Virus record (IMG/VR): IMGVR_UViG_3300035698_007508
Location: 1-64,000 of that record
From: a virus
Direction: 5' to 3' (one strand)
DNA: 64,000 nt
Shown: piece after piece, positions 27,221-36,282 of the stretch
Numbering within the stretch: the stretch's first letter is position 1
Layout: the number at the start of each line of letters is the position of its first letter
Notes under the pieces: generated by a model
The model's database searches: none
The model's input: the letters and a program-made list of their open reading frames with translations, nothing else
Told to the model about the DNA's origin: nothing
Translations under genes and position numbers: made by a program

Positions 27221-27561
27221 TGCGACCAGAGTACACGCAGATTTTGACGCCGGCCGAGCGCGCAGCTGCGATGAAGCTGGGTATGGCTACGGCCGCCACG
27301 CGTAGTCGCATGCCACTCAAGATGGCCATCGACAATCCGTTTACATTCAGTGGTATGTTCGCCAACGTCACGGGCGGGGCGCGCAGTACTGCGGCGGCGA
27401 TGGCTGCCGTGTCATTACTTGCCGGTGCCCCACTTGGTGCTGCAGCACACGTTTTAGGCCGTAAGATCAAAGGTAACCAGAAAAGCGAGAAGGAACGTCT
27501 GGACCGAATACAGTATTACCGCGACATCACGCGACAGCTCGAAACCGGGCTAGCCCGGTAA
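27220..27561 (+). CDS. Small glycine-zipper K-x-A protein
   Basis: LKMAID; SLLAGAPLGAAAH. Confidence 0.7.
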   Translation: MRPEYTQILTPAERAAAMKLGMATAATRSRMPLKMAIDNPFTFSGMFANVTGGARSTAAAMAAVSLLAGAPLGAAAHVLGRKIKGNQKSEKERLDRIQYYRDITRQLETGLAR

Positions 27562-27571
27562 GGGAGGCCAT

Positions 27572-27985
27572 ATGCTTGCGGGACTGCAAGACGAAATGAC
27601 CGGGCAACCAGTTGGTCCCGGCAATGTCGATTTCACAGTCGGGGAATCGATGTTCGAAACGTTGGGAAACACGCGGGGCTTGCGCCCCGATGCAGACGTC
27701 ATGGCGCAAGCCATGGATCGCCTGTTGATAGACCGTAAGGTCGAGGTCAAAGAGTTTGTAGCCAGAACGTACGATCTGAACGACGAGACACAGCGTAATC
27801 AGTACCAGTACGATATGGAGATGATCTTCTTCGGCCTGCAGTTGCGAACGCATGCGATCATTCATCGTGCGCCGCTACAATTTGTGAACGACGAGCAAGG
27901 ACCGCGGTACATCGCGCATTTGCAGTGGATTGAATTCACGCTACTGCAAAAACCGGTACCGACTGTCGGATCTAAAAAGGAGTAG
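27572..27985 (+). CDS. Hypothetical protein
   Basis: GGGAGG SD. Confidence 0.75.
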   Translation: MLAGLQDEMTGQPVGPGNVDFTVGESMFETLGNTRGLRPDADVMAQAMDRLLIDRKVEVKEFVARTYDLNDETQRNQYQYDMEMIFFGLQLRTHAIIHRAPLQFVNDEQGPRYIAHLQWIEFTLLQKPVPTVGSKKE

Positions 27986-27989
27986 GATC

Positions 27990-29705
27990 ATGAAACAGAC
28001 TAGTCAAGGGCTTATGCAGAATCGGGCCGTGCGCGTAGGCTTGGGCGGCGCTGCCGGTGGGGCTGGTCTCGCCGCCGTACTCAACCTCATGCACGAACTG
28101 CAGTTGGAGAAGAAACGCCGTGCCATGGCCAAGGATATCGGACGTACCGACGAGAACACGATTGTACTGACCCTGCCCAATAAGCAGGGCGAGGTACAGG
28201 CCAGCGAGGGCGAGCCCACGACTGTAAAGACTGTACAGCGCGCCAGTTCGTCTACTACTGCGGTCCCGGCCAAGACTTACCGTGTGGGACATTATGGCAC
28301 ACAGCAGATGAAGGTAGCTACGCCATGGCCATTGAACACCAGCTGGATGCAGTGGGCGCTGGGTGCGCTGGGCGTGGCGGGCGGTGGCGTTGCCGGGTAT
28401 ACCGCGATGGACGCGCTATATCAGGCCCGGCTCAAGCGCAAACTGCAGGGCGAGGAAGATAATGCACGGCAGGAAATGCTGGACATGCTCCAGAATCCAG
28501 GACTCAAGACCGGCGGCTGGCTGGATGAGATCATTGACGTACCTGGCATCGCTGCAATCAGCGCCGATAAGACGGCCGCTGTTAAATCCGCGGTGCCTTA
28601 TATAGACCCAGTGCTTGGCAGTTTAGTCGCGTTGACCCTGCTCGGGACTGGCGGTACGGCCTACCTGACCAAGCGGCTACTGGACGCCAAGCAGGACGAG
28701 CATGATCAGGAAGGGCGCGTTACACCCAAGGTACGGCGTATCGTTTTCCGGTCTTCACCGCAAGTGGCGGACCCAGCACTCAAGCAGGCCAGTGCCGAAG
28801 ACCTGGGCATTCTACAGGCATCCCTCGTCATTATGATGGACAAGATGAGCGGCGAAACACGCGTGCTCGATCATCCTGAAATGGTACCCATCTTGAAGGA
28901 AGCTGGTATTACCGTATCCGGGCTGTTCAAGATGGCGGATAGCGCGACAGATCTTATAGGTTACTTGTATTCCAATCCGGATATGTGGCGGAAGGCCAAG
29001 AATCTCGGCATCCAACAGCGTCCGGGATTACGTACTGTTGGCTGGGGCGAGCACAAGTTCGAGATACCAGCCGGTGCGGCCAATACCATGGCTAATTTAC
29101 CCGGCGTACGCGGGTATACCGATAATCTGATGCGCACCAAGCTGGAAACCATGCTCCGCGGCTCGTCTGGGCAACGCTGGACGCCGTCACCTGACCAAGC
29201 CAGTACGATGTCCGGTCAGGAACTCCGTAATATCCGTAGAGGTAACGATGCTCGCCGTATGCGCTTGGCGTCTGGTATGGCGCAACCCAAGCCAGGTGAA
29301 CAAGGCTACGGCGGGTTAGATCTTAAGCAATTATTGGGCAAAGTATGGGGCAACGTCTCGAACTTTGCCAAGGGTATCGGCCCGCGCTTCGTCCAGGGCT
29401 GGGAAGGCTTTTCCGCACCCCAGACACCCAGCCAGACACCCAACCAGGCCGCTAACGCCGTGAAGTACTCCAACGCGGTCATGCCTATCCTCAGCAGCTT
29501 CGTTGGTAGTTCGCTCGCACGCGGACGAGATAACGAGCCAGAACCACAGACGTGGGAAGCGTTGCCCGAGCGTACCGATGTCAACCGCGTCCTACGCAAC
29601 ATCAAGCTGGACGCGGAAGACCCCGAAGCCGAGCGATACCTACAGGCCAAACGCGCACGTATCCGCGCCATTCTAGGTCAGCTCGTGGCAGAGGGTAAAT
29701 TATAA
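27990..29705 (+). CDS. Large glycine-zipper K-x-A virion protein
   Basis: GLGGAAGGAGLAA, ALGALGVAGGGVAG, LGSLVALTLLGTGG; KTAA, KQAS, KMAD. Confidence 0.7.
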   Translation: MKQTSQGLMQNRAVRVGLGGAAGGAGLAAVLNLMHELQLEKKRRAMAKDIGRTDENTIVLTLPNKQGEVQASEGEPTTVKTVQRASSSTTAVPAKTYRVGHYGTQQMKVATPWPLNTSWMQWALGALGVAGGGVAGYTAMDALYQARLKRKLQGEEDNARQEMLDMLQNPGLKTGGWLDEIIDVPGIAAISADKTAAVKSAVPYIDPVLGSLVALTLLGTGGTAYLTKRLLDAKQDEHDQEGRVTPKVRRIVFRSSPQVADPALKQASAEDLGILQASLVIMMDKMSGETRVLDHPEMVPILKEAGITVSGLFKMADSATDLIGYLYSNPDMWRKAKNLGIQQRPGLRTVGWGEHKFEIPAGAANTMANLPGVRGYTDNLMRTKLETMLRGSSGQRWTPSPDQASTMSGQELRNIRRGNDARRMRLASGMAQPKPGEQGYGGLDLKQLLGKVWGNVSNFAKGIGPRFVQGWEGFSAPQTPSQTPNQAANAVKYSNAVMPILSSFVGSSLARGRDNEPEPQTWEALPERTDVNRVLRNIKLDAEDPEAERYLQAKRARIRAILGQLVAEGKL

Positions 29706-29714
29706 GGATAACTC

Positions 29715-32700
29715 ATGGCATTACCAGACCACCTGAGGGCGTTTGACGATACTCAGACCGCCCGGGATTGGTTACATACGGGTGCCGTCGAAGCGCTTCA
29801 GAACAGATTCCCGATCGAGGATCAGGATTACAAGCTGGAGCTCGACGACGTACGCATCCAGGGTCCAACCCATTTCGGATTAGAACGTCAGAAGCAAGCA
29901 TTGATGAAGGACGAGCAACTGCGCGTCCCCATCAAGGGTCGCTGGCGTTTGACACACAAGCAGTCCGGAGAAGTATTGGACGAGCGTGAAGATACGGTGA
30001 TGCACTTGCCGTATCTGACTGATCGCGGTACTATGATCTACCGTGGTAATGAGTACAGTACGGTCAGTCAGTCCCGCCTCAAGGCCGGCGTTTATGCACG
30101 TCGCAAAAAGAGTGGTGAAATTGAGTCATTCTTCAATGTCAAGCCTGGCACTGGCCGGTCTTTCCGTGTCTGGCTTGAACCACAGACTGGTGTGTTTAAG
30201 GTCAATGTCGGCCAGTCGAACATTCCGCTATACCCGATGCTTTCTGCCCTGGGCGTGAAAGATGCCGATCTGATGAAATCGTGGGGTCCGGATATCTTGG
30301 ACGCTAACCGCAAGGCCCGCGCCGCCCAAGCCATCGACAAGTTGTATCAACGCTTTACTGGTAAGGCCCCGAGTACCGAGATCAGTGAGCAGGCGCGCCG
30401 TGAGGTTCTGGCCGAGGCACTGAACAAGGCAGAAATGGATCCGACCGTTATCGCACGTACGTTGGGCATCCAAGGCGATGGCCGGGTTTCGCCAGCCATA
30501 CTCATGCGCTCGACACAGAAGCTACTGGGCATCAGTCGCGGTGAGGACAAACCGGACGATCGTGACGCGCCTATGTACAGTCGCGTGCTATCGATCGAGG
30601 ACTTCATCAAGGAACGCATCGACAACGACAGCGGCAAGCTGGCGCGATCGCTGCTGTTCAAGGCACGCCGTGATCGTAACCTGCGCCGTGTGCGGGTGGG
30701 TGCGCTTAACGGTTATTCCACCGGCTTTCTACTGGGCAGCCGCCTGACCATGCCGCTGGAAGAGACCAATCCCCTTTCCCTATTGGAGCAGATGAACCGG
30801 GTCACCAAACTGGGTGCCGGTGGTATCTCTGATGCCGACGCGATCACGGACGAAGCCCGTAACGTGAATATCGGGCAATTGGGGTTCATCGATCCCGTGA
30901 CAGGGCCGGAAGATATCAAGATCGGTATCGACACACGCCTGGCATACAGAACTTTCAAGGGCCGCGATCAGCAGATGTATGGTGAGTTTCGGGACGCCCG
31001 GTCCGGAAAGATGGCTTACCTACGTCCGGAAGATCTCGACGGGAAGGTGGTCGCCTTTCCCGGTGAGATGGCTGGCAAAGGGAAGACTGCGACGGCAGCC
31101 GTGGATGGGACGATTCGTGAAGTCCTTAAGAGCAAGGTGGATATCGAAGTACCGTCCATGGCTCACATGCTGTCGTCGCACGTCAACCTCAACCCCATGC
31201 CTACCGCTGTACAGCCCGCTCGGCAGTTCTACGGTGCCAAGTTCTGGTCCCAGTACCTGCCGCAGGTAGAGGGCGAAGCGCCGCTCGTGGATACCGCTAT
31301 GCCTGAGGGTGATCAATCGTTCACCCAGCATTTTGGTAAGCGCGTGGGCACGCTCATGGCGCAGAAGCCTGCCACTGTTACACGTGTCACCGACAGCAAG
31401 GTGTTTCTGCGGGACGTGGACGGTGAGAAGCAGGAGATCGACCTGGTGCAGAACTTCCCGTTCAACCGTATCACCGGCGTCAGTTACCGCCCGGCCGTCA
31501 AGGCCGGTGATGCTGTCGAGGCCGGCGATGTACTGGCGCGCTCCAATTTCGTTGACGATAACAACGCACTGACATTGGGCCGGAATCTCTCCGTAGCTGT
31601 CATCCCCTATCGCGGTAATAGCTACGAAGATGGGATAGTCATTTCGGAGGATGCGGCCAAGAAATTAACAACTAGCCGGCTGTACGGTTTCGATGCCGAG
31701 GTCAAGCACGACGTACAGCTGGGTAAGAATCGGTACGCCAGTCTATTCCCTGCACGATTCTCGAAGAAGCAGCTCGAAGCGCTGGACGACGAGGGTATCG
31801 CCAAGCCGGGCACGGTATTGCAGAAGGGTGATCCGATCATCTTATCTGTTGGTCCGAAGTTGCTCACTGCCGAGGACGTACAGTTAGGGCGCCTGCACAA
31901 GGCGTTACGCCAGGCGCATACGGACAAGGCTGTAGTGTGGGACCACGACTATGAGGGTGTGATCACGGACGCCGTACGCACGCGTAGCGGCGCCAAGGTC
32001 AACGCCAAGGCCAGTGTACCGGTCCAGGTGGGCGACAAGCTGTCACCGCGCTGGGGATTGAAGGGTGTTGTGGCCAAGATCATACCTATGGATCAGATGC
32101 CGCGGCACGCCGGTACCAATGCGCCGTACGATCTGCTACTCAACCCCATGACCATTCTATCACGCGTTGCAGCGGGAGCCCTTGTCGAAATGCAGCTTGG
32201 TAAGCTGGCCAAGCTGCGCGGCAAGGGCTTCAAACTCCCGCAGATGCCGCCGGAAGAGGGCTGGTCCGCCTGGGCGCAACGTCAGCTACTTGAGGCAGGC
32301 GTGGACGAGAAGGATCAGATATTCGATCCCGAGCTGGGTCGAGCACTGAACAAGCCCGTCGCTACCGGCAACATGTACTGGATGGCGTTCCATCACCTTT
32401 CTGAGAAGAAGCTGAGTGAGCGTGGCTCGTCCGGCCTGGGCTACACACAGGATGAACTGCCGGCCCGCGGTGGGTCTGAGACGCAACAGGCCAAGAAGAT
32501 GAGTCAGATGGACATCACGCAGCTTCTGGCGCACGGTGCTACCGACGTGGTCAAGGATGGGCAGATCATCCGCGGCGCCCGGAACGAAGACTACTGGAAG
32601 GCGCTCAAGCTGGGCCGCCCGCTACCGACTCCCGACGTACCGTTTGTGTACAAGAAGTTCCTGAACCTGTTGAACGCCAGCGGCATCAACATCGAGCAGA

Positions 32701-34106
32701 AGGGCGATACGTTGCGGTTGCTGCCTATGCTTGACGAGGACGTTGATCAATTGAGCCACGGTGCAATCACGACCAGCGCGAGGGTGGACGACAAGATGGA
32801 GCCCATCAAGGGTGGGCTGTTTGATCCCGGGCGTACGGGCGGTGCAATGGGTAAGTTCTGGTCGCACATTGACCTGGTCGAGCCAATGCCCAACCCTGTC
32901 TTCGAAGAGCCGATCCGGCGCCTGTTAGGCCTGCGCAAGCAGGACTTCACCGATATCCTGGCCGGGCGTCAGGAACTCAACGGCCAATCAGGCGGCAAGG
33001 CTATACGTGATGCACTAGCCGGTATCGATATCGACGCGCAGATCAAGGAGCACCGGGGTAACATCCGTAAGTACCGCGGCGCCAACCGGGACAACTCGAT
33101 CAAGATCCTGGGATACCTGGACGCCGCCAAGAAGCAGGCCATCCACCCATCCAAGTGGATGTTGACCAAGCTTCCGGTACTGCCGCCCGTGTTCCGCCCT
33201 GTATCCCGTCTGGGCGATATCACGATCGAAGCTGACCTGAACGAGCTGTATCGCGATGCGATCGAGGTCAACAACGCTATCGGCACATTGCGTAAGGATC
33301 TACCCGAGTCGGAACTACAGGACGAGAAGGAAGCGCTGTACCGTGCAGTGAAGGCCGTGACAGGGCTTGGCGATCCAATCACACCCGAGGGACGGTCCCG
33401 CCGCCTTAAGGGCGCGCTCAAGAACGTCATCGGTGATTCACCAAAAAGCGGATTTTTTCAAAGTAGAGTTATCTCCAAGCCTGTTGACCTGGTTGGGCGT
33501 GCAGTCGTAACGCCGGATCCGACGTTGGACATGGATAGTGTAGGATTGCCCGAAGACTCTGCCTGGGACCTGTATCACGACTTTGTCGTCCGGCGGCTGG
33601 TGCGCCAGAACGTACCGTCGCACCGCGCACTCAAGATGATTGAGGATCGTGAGGCCCCAGCCAAGGATGCATTGAACCTGGAAATGCAGTCACGGCCTAT
33701 CATCATGGACCGTGCGCCGACCTGGCATCGATTCAATCTACTGGCGTTCCGGCCACATCTGGTCGAGGGTAAGACCATGCACGTGAGCCCGTTGATCACC
33801 AAGGGCTTCAACATGGATTTTGACGGTGACGCCGTGAACTTCCATGTACCGGTGTCAGACAAGGCTGTGGAGCAGACATACAGCAAAATGCTACCGAGCA
33901 AGAACCTGTTCAGTCTGACCGACTTGAAGTCGCCCCGCCACACCCCGCAGCAGGAAATGGCGCTTGGCCTGTACCTGCTGACCCGTGCCAAGACCGCTCG
34001 GGAGTCCAAGACTTTCGCTACGGTAGCCCAGGCGCGCCGGGCGTATAGGGCCGGAGAGATTGGCGCCAACGATCCGATCAACATATTGGAGTTGAAAGAT
34101 GCCTAA
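29715..34106 (+). CDS. rpoBC: DNA-directed RNA polymerase: beta subunit fused to the N-terminal half of beta-prime (catalytic)
   Basis: RpoB blocks (GTMIYRGNEY.TVSQ, ETNPLS...LGAGGI, GRNL.VA.IPY.G..YEDGIVISE, GDKLSPRWG.KG, LLNP....SR, HHL..K) then, after about 32700, RpoC blocks (GLFD, HIDL, LPVLPP.FRP, DLNELYR, GRAVVT, RAPT.H, NMDFDGD at 33810-33830). Confidence 0.95.
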   Translation: MALPDHLRAFDDTQTARDWLHTGAVEALQNRFPIEDQDYKLELDDVRIQGPTHFGLERQKQALMKDEQLRVPIKGRWRLTHKQSGEVLDEREDTVMHLPYLTDRGTMIYRGNEYSTVSQSRLKAGVYARRKKSGEIESFFNVKPGTGRSFRVWLEPQTGVFKVNVGQSNIPLYPMLSALGVKDADLMKSWGPDILDANRKARAAQAIDKLYQRFTGKAPSTEISEQARREVLAEALNKAEMDPTVIARTLGIQGDGRVSPAILMRSTQKLLGISRGEDKPDDRDAPMYSRVLSIEDFIKERIDNDSGKLARSLLFKARRDRNLRRVRVGALNGYSTGFLLGSRLTMPLEETNPLSLLEQMNRVTKLGAGGISDADAITDEARNVNIGQLGFIDPVTGPEDIKIGIDTRLAYRTFKGRDQQMYGEFRDARSGKMAYLRPEDLDGKVVAFPGEMAGKGKTATAAVDGTIREVLKSKVDIEVPSMAHMLSSHVNLNPMPTAVQPARQFYGAKFWSQYLPQVEGEAPLVDTAMPEGDQSFTQHFGKRVGTLMAQKPATVTRVTDSKVFLRDVDGEKQEIDLVQNFPFNRITGVSYRPAVKAGDAVEAGDVLARSNFVDDNNALTLGRNLSVAVIPYRGNSYEDGIVISEDAAKKLTTSRLYGFDAEVKHDVQLGKNRYASLFPARFSKKQLEALDDEGIAKPGTVLQKGDPIILSVGPKLLTAEDVQLGRLHKALRQAHTDKAVVWDHDYEGVITDAVRTRSGAKVNAKASVPVQVGDKLSPRWGLKGVVAKIIPMDQMPRHAGTNAPYDLLLNPMTILSRVAAGALVEMQLGKLAKLRGKGFKLPQMPPEEGWSAWAQRQLLEAGVDEKDQIFDPELGRALNKPVATGNMYWMAFHHLSEKKLSERGSSGLGYTQDELPARGGSETQQAKKMSQMDITQLLAHGATDVVKDGQIIRGARNEDYWKALKLGRPLPTPDVPFVYKKFLNLLNASGINIEQKGDTLRLLPMLDEDVDQLSHGAITTSARVDDKMEPIKGGLFDPGRTGGAMGKFWSHIDLVEPMPNPVFEEPIRRLLGLRKQDFTDILAGRQELNGQSGGKAIRDALAGIDIDAQIKEHRGNIRKYRGANRDNSIKILGYLDAAKKQAIHPSKWMLTKLPVLPPVFRPVSRLGDITIEADLNELYRDAIEVNNAIGTLRKDLPESELQDEKEALYRAVKAVTGLGDPITPEGRSRRLKGALKNVIGDSPKSGFFQSRVISKPVDLVGRAVVTPDPTLDMDSVGLPEDSAWDLYHDFVVRRLVRQNVPSHRALKMIEDREAPAKDALNLEMQSRPIIMDRAPTWHRFNLLAFRPHLVEGKTMHVSPLITKGFNMDFDGDAVNFHVPVSDKAVEQTYSKMLPSKNLFSLTDLKSPRHTPQQEMALGLYLLTRAKTARESKTFATVAQARRAYRAGEIGANDPINILELKDA

Positions 34107-34923
34107 GCTGTGGGCGTGCAAAGATGGGTCCGTACTGATTGGTAGTGTCGAGGCGCAGGCCGCCGGCGGGCTCAGCTATGTACCGGATAGTTGCGCCACA
34201 GTTAACGTGTACGTACAGGCGTTTTACGACGACTACAGACACACGCATAGGTGTGACGATGCTTGCTTCGGCATTTATCTGCACACAGATAGGACAGTGC
34301 GGTTCCTAGGCTACGCGCAGTTGGATAACTGGATCGATGGCGGCTCCCGCTATAGTCCGTGGTGGTACATCGACTGGTCTACGGTTGACTACAACTGTCC
34401 GTGTGTCCAGTTCGAGGCACGCTGTGCAGAGAATGATCCTATAGACGATTGCGGCGGTGTACACGGTACCGGCAGTATTAGACCCGCAACGGAGTGTCAT
34501 GACGGTGTTGTCACCCTGTGCGTACGTAGCACAGCGGGCCCTAACTGTACCGCTTTGGGGTGCAATGTGATCATAGCCAATACGTGGTATCACATATGGG
34601 ACATCGCGGCCTTGACGCCGTGTGTTGGCGGCGCGTCGGTGGCCGCAATCGGACCTGCACGCGTGGAGCCTGCTGATCTACTGTGGGATGCTGCTCATCT
34701 GGCGCACGGGTTCGAATTGCGCGGTACAGATGGCGAAGCGTGGCTGCTGGCGGCCACCGACACTGACATAGAACGTGAAGCGCGCAGGGCGCACGCGGAT
34801 GAACGCGTGGCAATCTGTAAAGAGTGTCCACATTTCACGTCGGATTCCTGCGGTATCTGGAATGCGGACATGGCCGCGATACGCTATGGGCTAGATATAT
34901 GTCCGTTACGTAAATGGTGGTAA
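34099..34923 (+). CDS. Cys-rich hypothetical protein
   Basis: Many Cys; C-terminal ERVAIC..CPHF...C...CP..KW. Confidence 0.65.
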   Translation: MPKLWACKDGSVLIGSVEAQAAGGLSYVPDSCATVNVYVQAFYDDYRHTHRCDDACFGIYLHTDRTVRFLGYAQLDNWIDGGSRYSPWWYIDWSTVDYNCPCVQFEARCAENDPIDDCGGVHGTGSIRPATECHDGVVTLCVRSTAGPNCTALGCNVIIANTWYHIWDIAALTPCVGGASVAAIGPARVEPADLLWDAAHLAHGFELRGTDGEAWLLAATDTDIEREARRAHADERVAICKECPHFTSDSCGIWNADMAAIRYGLDICPLRKWW

Positions 34924-34986
34924 AATGAGTTGCATACATCGTGGCGACTGTAGTACCGTAATATGCACATCTTGGAAGGAGACAAC

Positions 34987-35607
34987 ATGACACAGAGACT
35001 TGACTACGTGAAGTTACAGGCCGTTATGGACGGTTTTCAGAAGAAGGCGTTCGTCGCTATGCCCGGCGGGGCCGATCCAGCCGCAGGCGGGATGCAGTCA
35101 CAAGCACAGGCCGCACCACCCGGTGGCGCACCTATGGACCCGGCCGCGATGGGCGGAATGCCGATGGACCCGATGGCGGGCGGCGGTATGCCGATGGACC
35201 CGGCGGCAATGGGCATGGGCCCAATGCCCGGCTCGGTTACGATGTCCATCCCTGAACTCATTGAGTTCATTGCCGTCGTGAAGGGTGACGGAGCTGCGGC
35301 TGCGGGCGAGAAGCCTAAGAAGAAGGACGACGAAGCAGCACCGGCGGCCGGCGCACCGGCCGAGGCCGATCCGATGGCGTCGCTGAACCAGAAACTTGAC
35401 CAGCTCTTGGCGGCCGCCGGCGGCGGTATGCCGATGGACCCGATGGCAGGCGGTGGCGGTATGCCACCAATGGCCGACGGCGGTGGTATGCCGATGGACC
35501 CGATGGCGGGCGGCGGTATGCCAGCTGATCCGATGGCGGGCGGCGGTATGCCAGCTGATCCGATGGCTGGCGGAGCGCCGATGGGCGGAGCGCCGCCACC
35601 TATGTAA
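34987..35607 (+). CDS. Met/Gly/Pro-rich low-complexity K-x-A protein
   Basis: GAAGGAG SD; QKKAFV; repeated GGMPMDPMAG. Confidence 0.75.
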   Translation: MTQRLDYVKLQAVMDGFQKKAFVAMPGGADPAAGGMQSQAQAAPPGGAPMDPAAMGGMPMDPMAGGGMPMDPAAMGMGPMPGSVTMSIPELIEFIAVVKGDGAAAAGEKPKKKDDEAAPAAGAPAEADPMASLNQKLDQLLAAAGGGMPMDPMAGGGGMPPMADGGGMPMDPMAGGGMPADPMAGGGMPADPMAGGAPMGGAPPPM

Positions 35608-35615
35608 GGACTAAC

Positions 35616-35873
35616 ATGGCAAATGGACGACCTGGACGGGTACGCGTGTTGCAGGGGGTCAAGCAGGTTCTGCTGGACACGCACGAAGCTACCGTCATCG
35701 AATTCCGGGACCAGTTTGGGGATCTGAACGCGTTGATCTCACGTCATTTCAACGATGACATGTGGATCTTCACGACCAAGGCCGATCCGGACTGGCACAC
35801 GCACTTGGTGCGGTTGGGCTATGCGCCAGCTGATATGAACGTACATCAACTCGTACAGAACTTGAAAGGCTGA
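35616..35873 (+). CDS. Hypothetical protein
   Basis: AAGGA SD, tight operon spacing. Confidence 0.7.
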   Translation: MANGRPGRVRVLQGVKQVLLDTHEATVIEFRDQFGDLNALISRHFNDDMWIFTTKADPDWHTHLVRLGYAPADMNVHQLVQNLKG

Positions 35874-35874
35874 C

Positions 35875-36279
35875 ATGAATGATACACCCGCATTGAGCTA
35901 CGTTCCGCCTTGGGTCCGCGACCTAATGGTAGGCCTTTGTACCGCCGCCGTACTCGCATCCGTAACCCTAGTCTTACGCCTGGACAAGACCGTCGCTACG
36001 TTTGTCGAGTCGCACGTGGAGACGCATAGGCAGCTGGACAGGATGATTACGGAGTTGAAGAACAATACCGTTCAGACCGCCCGCGAAGTCAACCTACTGC
36101 ACGACGATTTCCTTGAGTTCTCGGCCGGCACTACTGCTAACCGTTACACCATCTACAACGCGTTTACGGATCAGAAGAAGAGTGCCGAGGAGCTCAGGGA
36201 AGTATGGAACGCTATTCACGAGATCAAGTTGGACGTGGTCAAAATACAGAGCGATAGCGAGCGCATTACGCACGAGTGA
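35875..36279 (+). CDS. Single-TM protein with coiled coil (possibly holin-like)
   Basis: LMVGLCTAAVLASVTLVL followed by heptad-like helix. Confidence 0.65.
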   Translation: MNDTPALSYVPPWVRDLMVGLCTAAVLASVTLVLRLDKTVATFVESHVETHRQLDRMITELKNNTVQTAREVNLLHDDFLEFSAGTTANRYTIYNAFTDQKKSAEELREVWNAIHEIKLDVVKIQSDSERITHE

Positions 36280-36282
36280 CGT

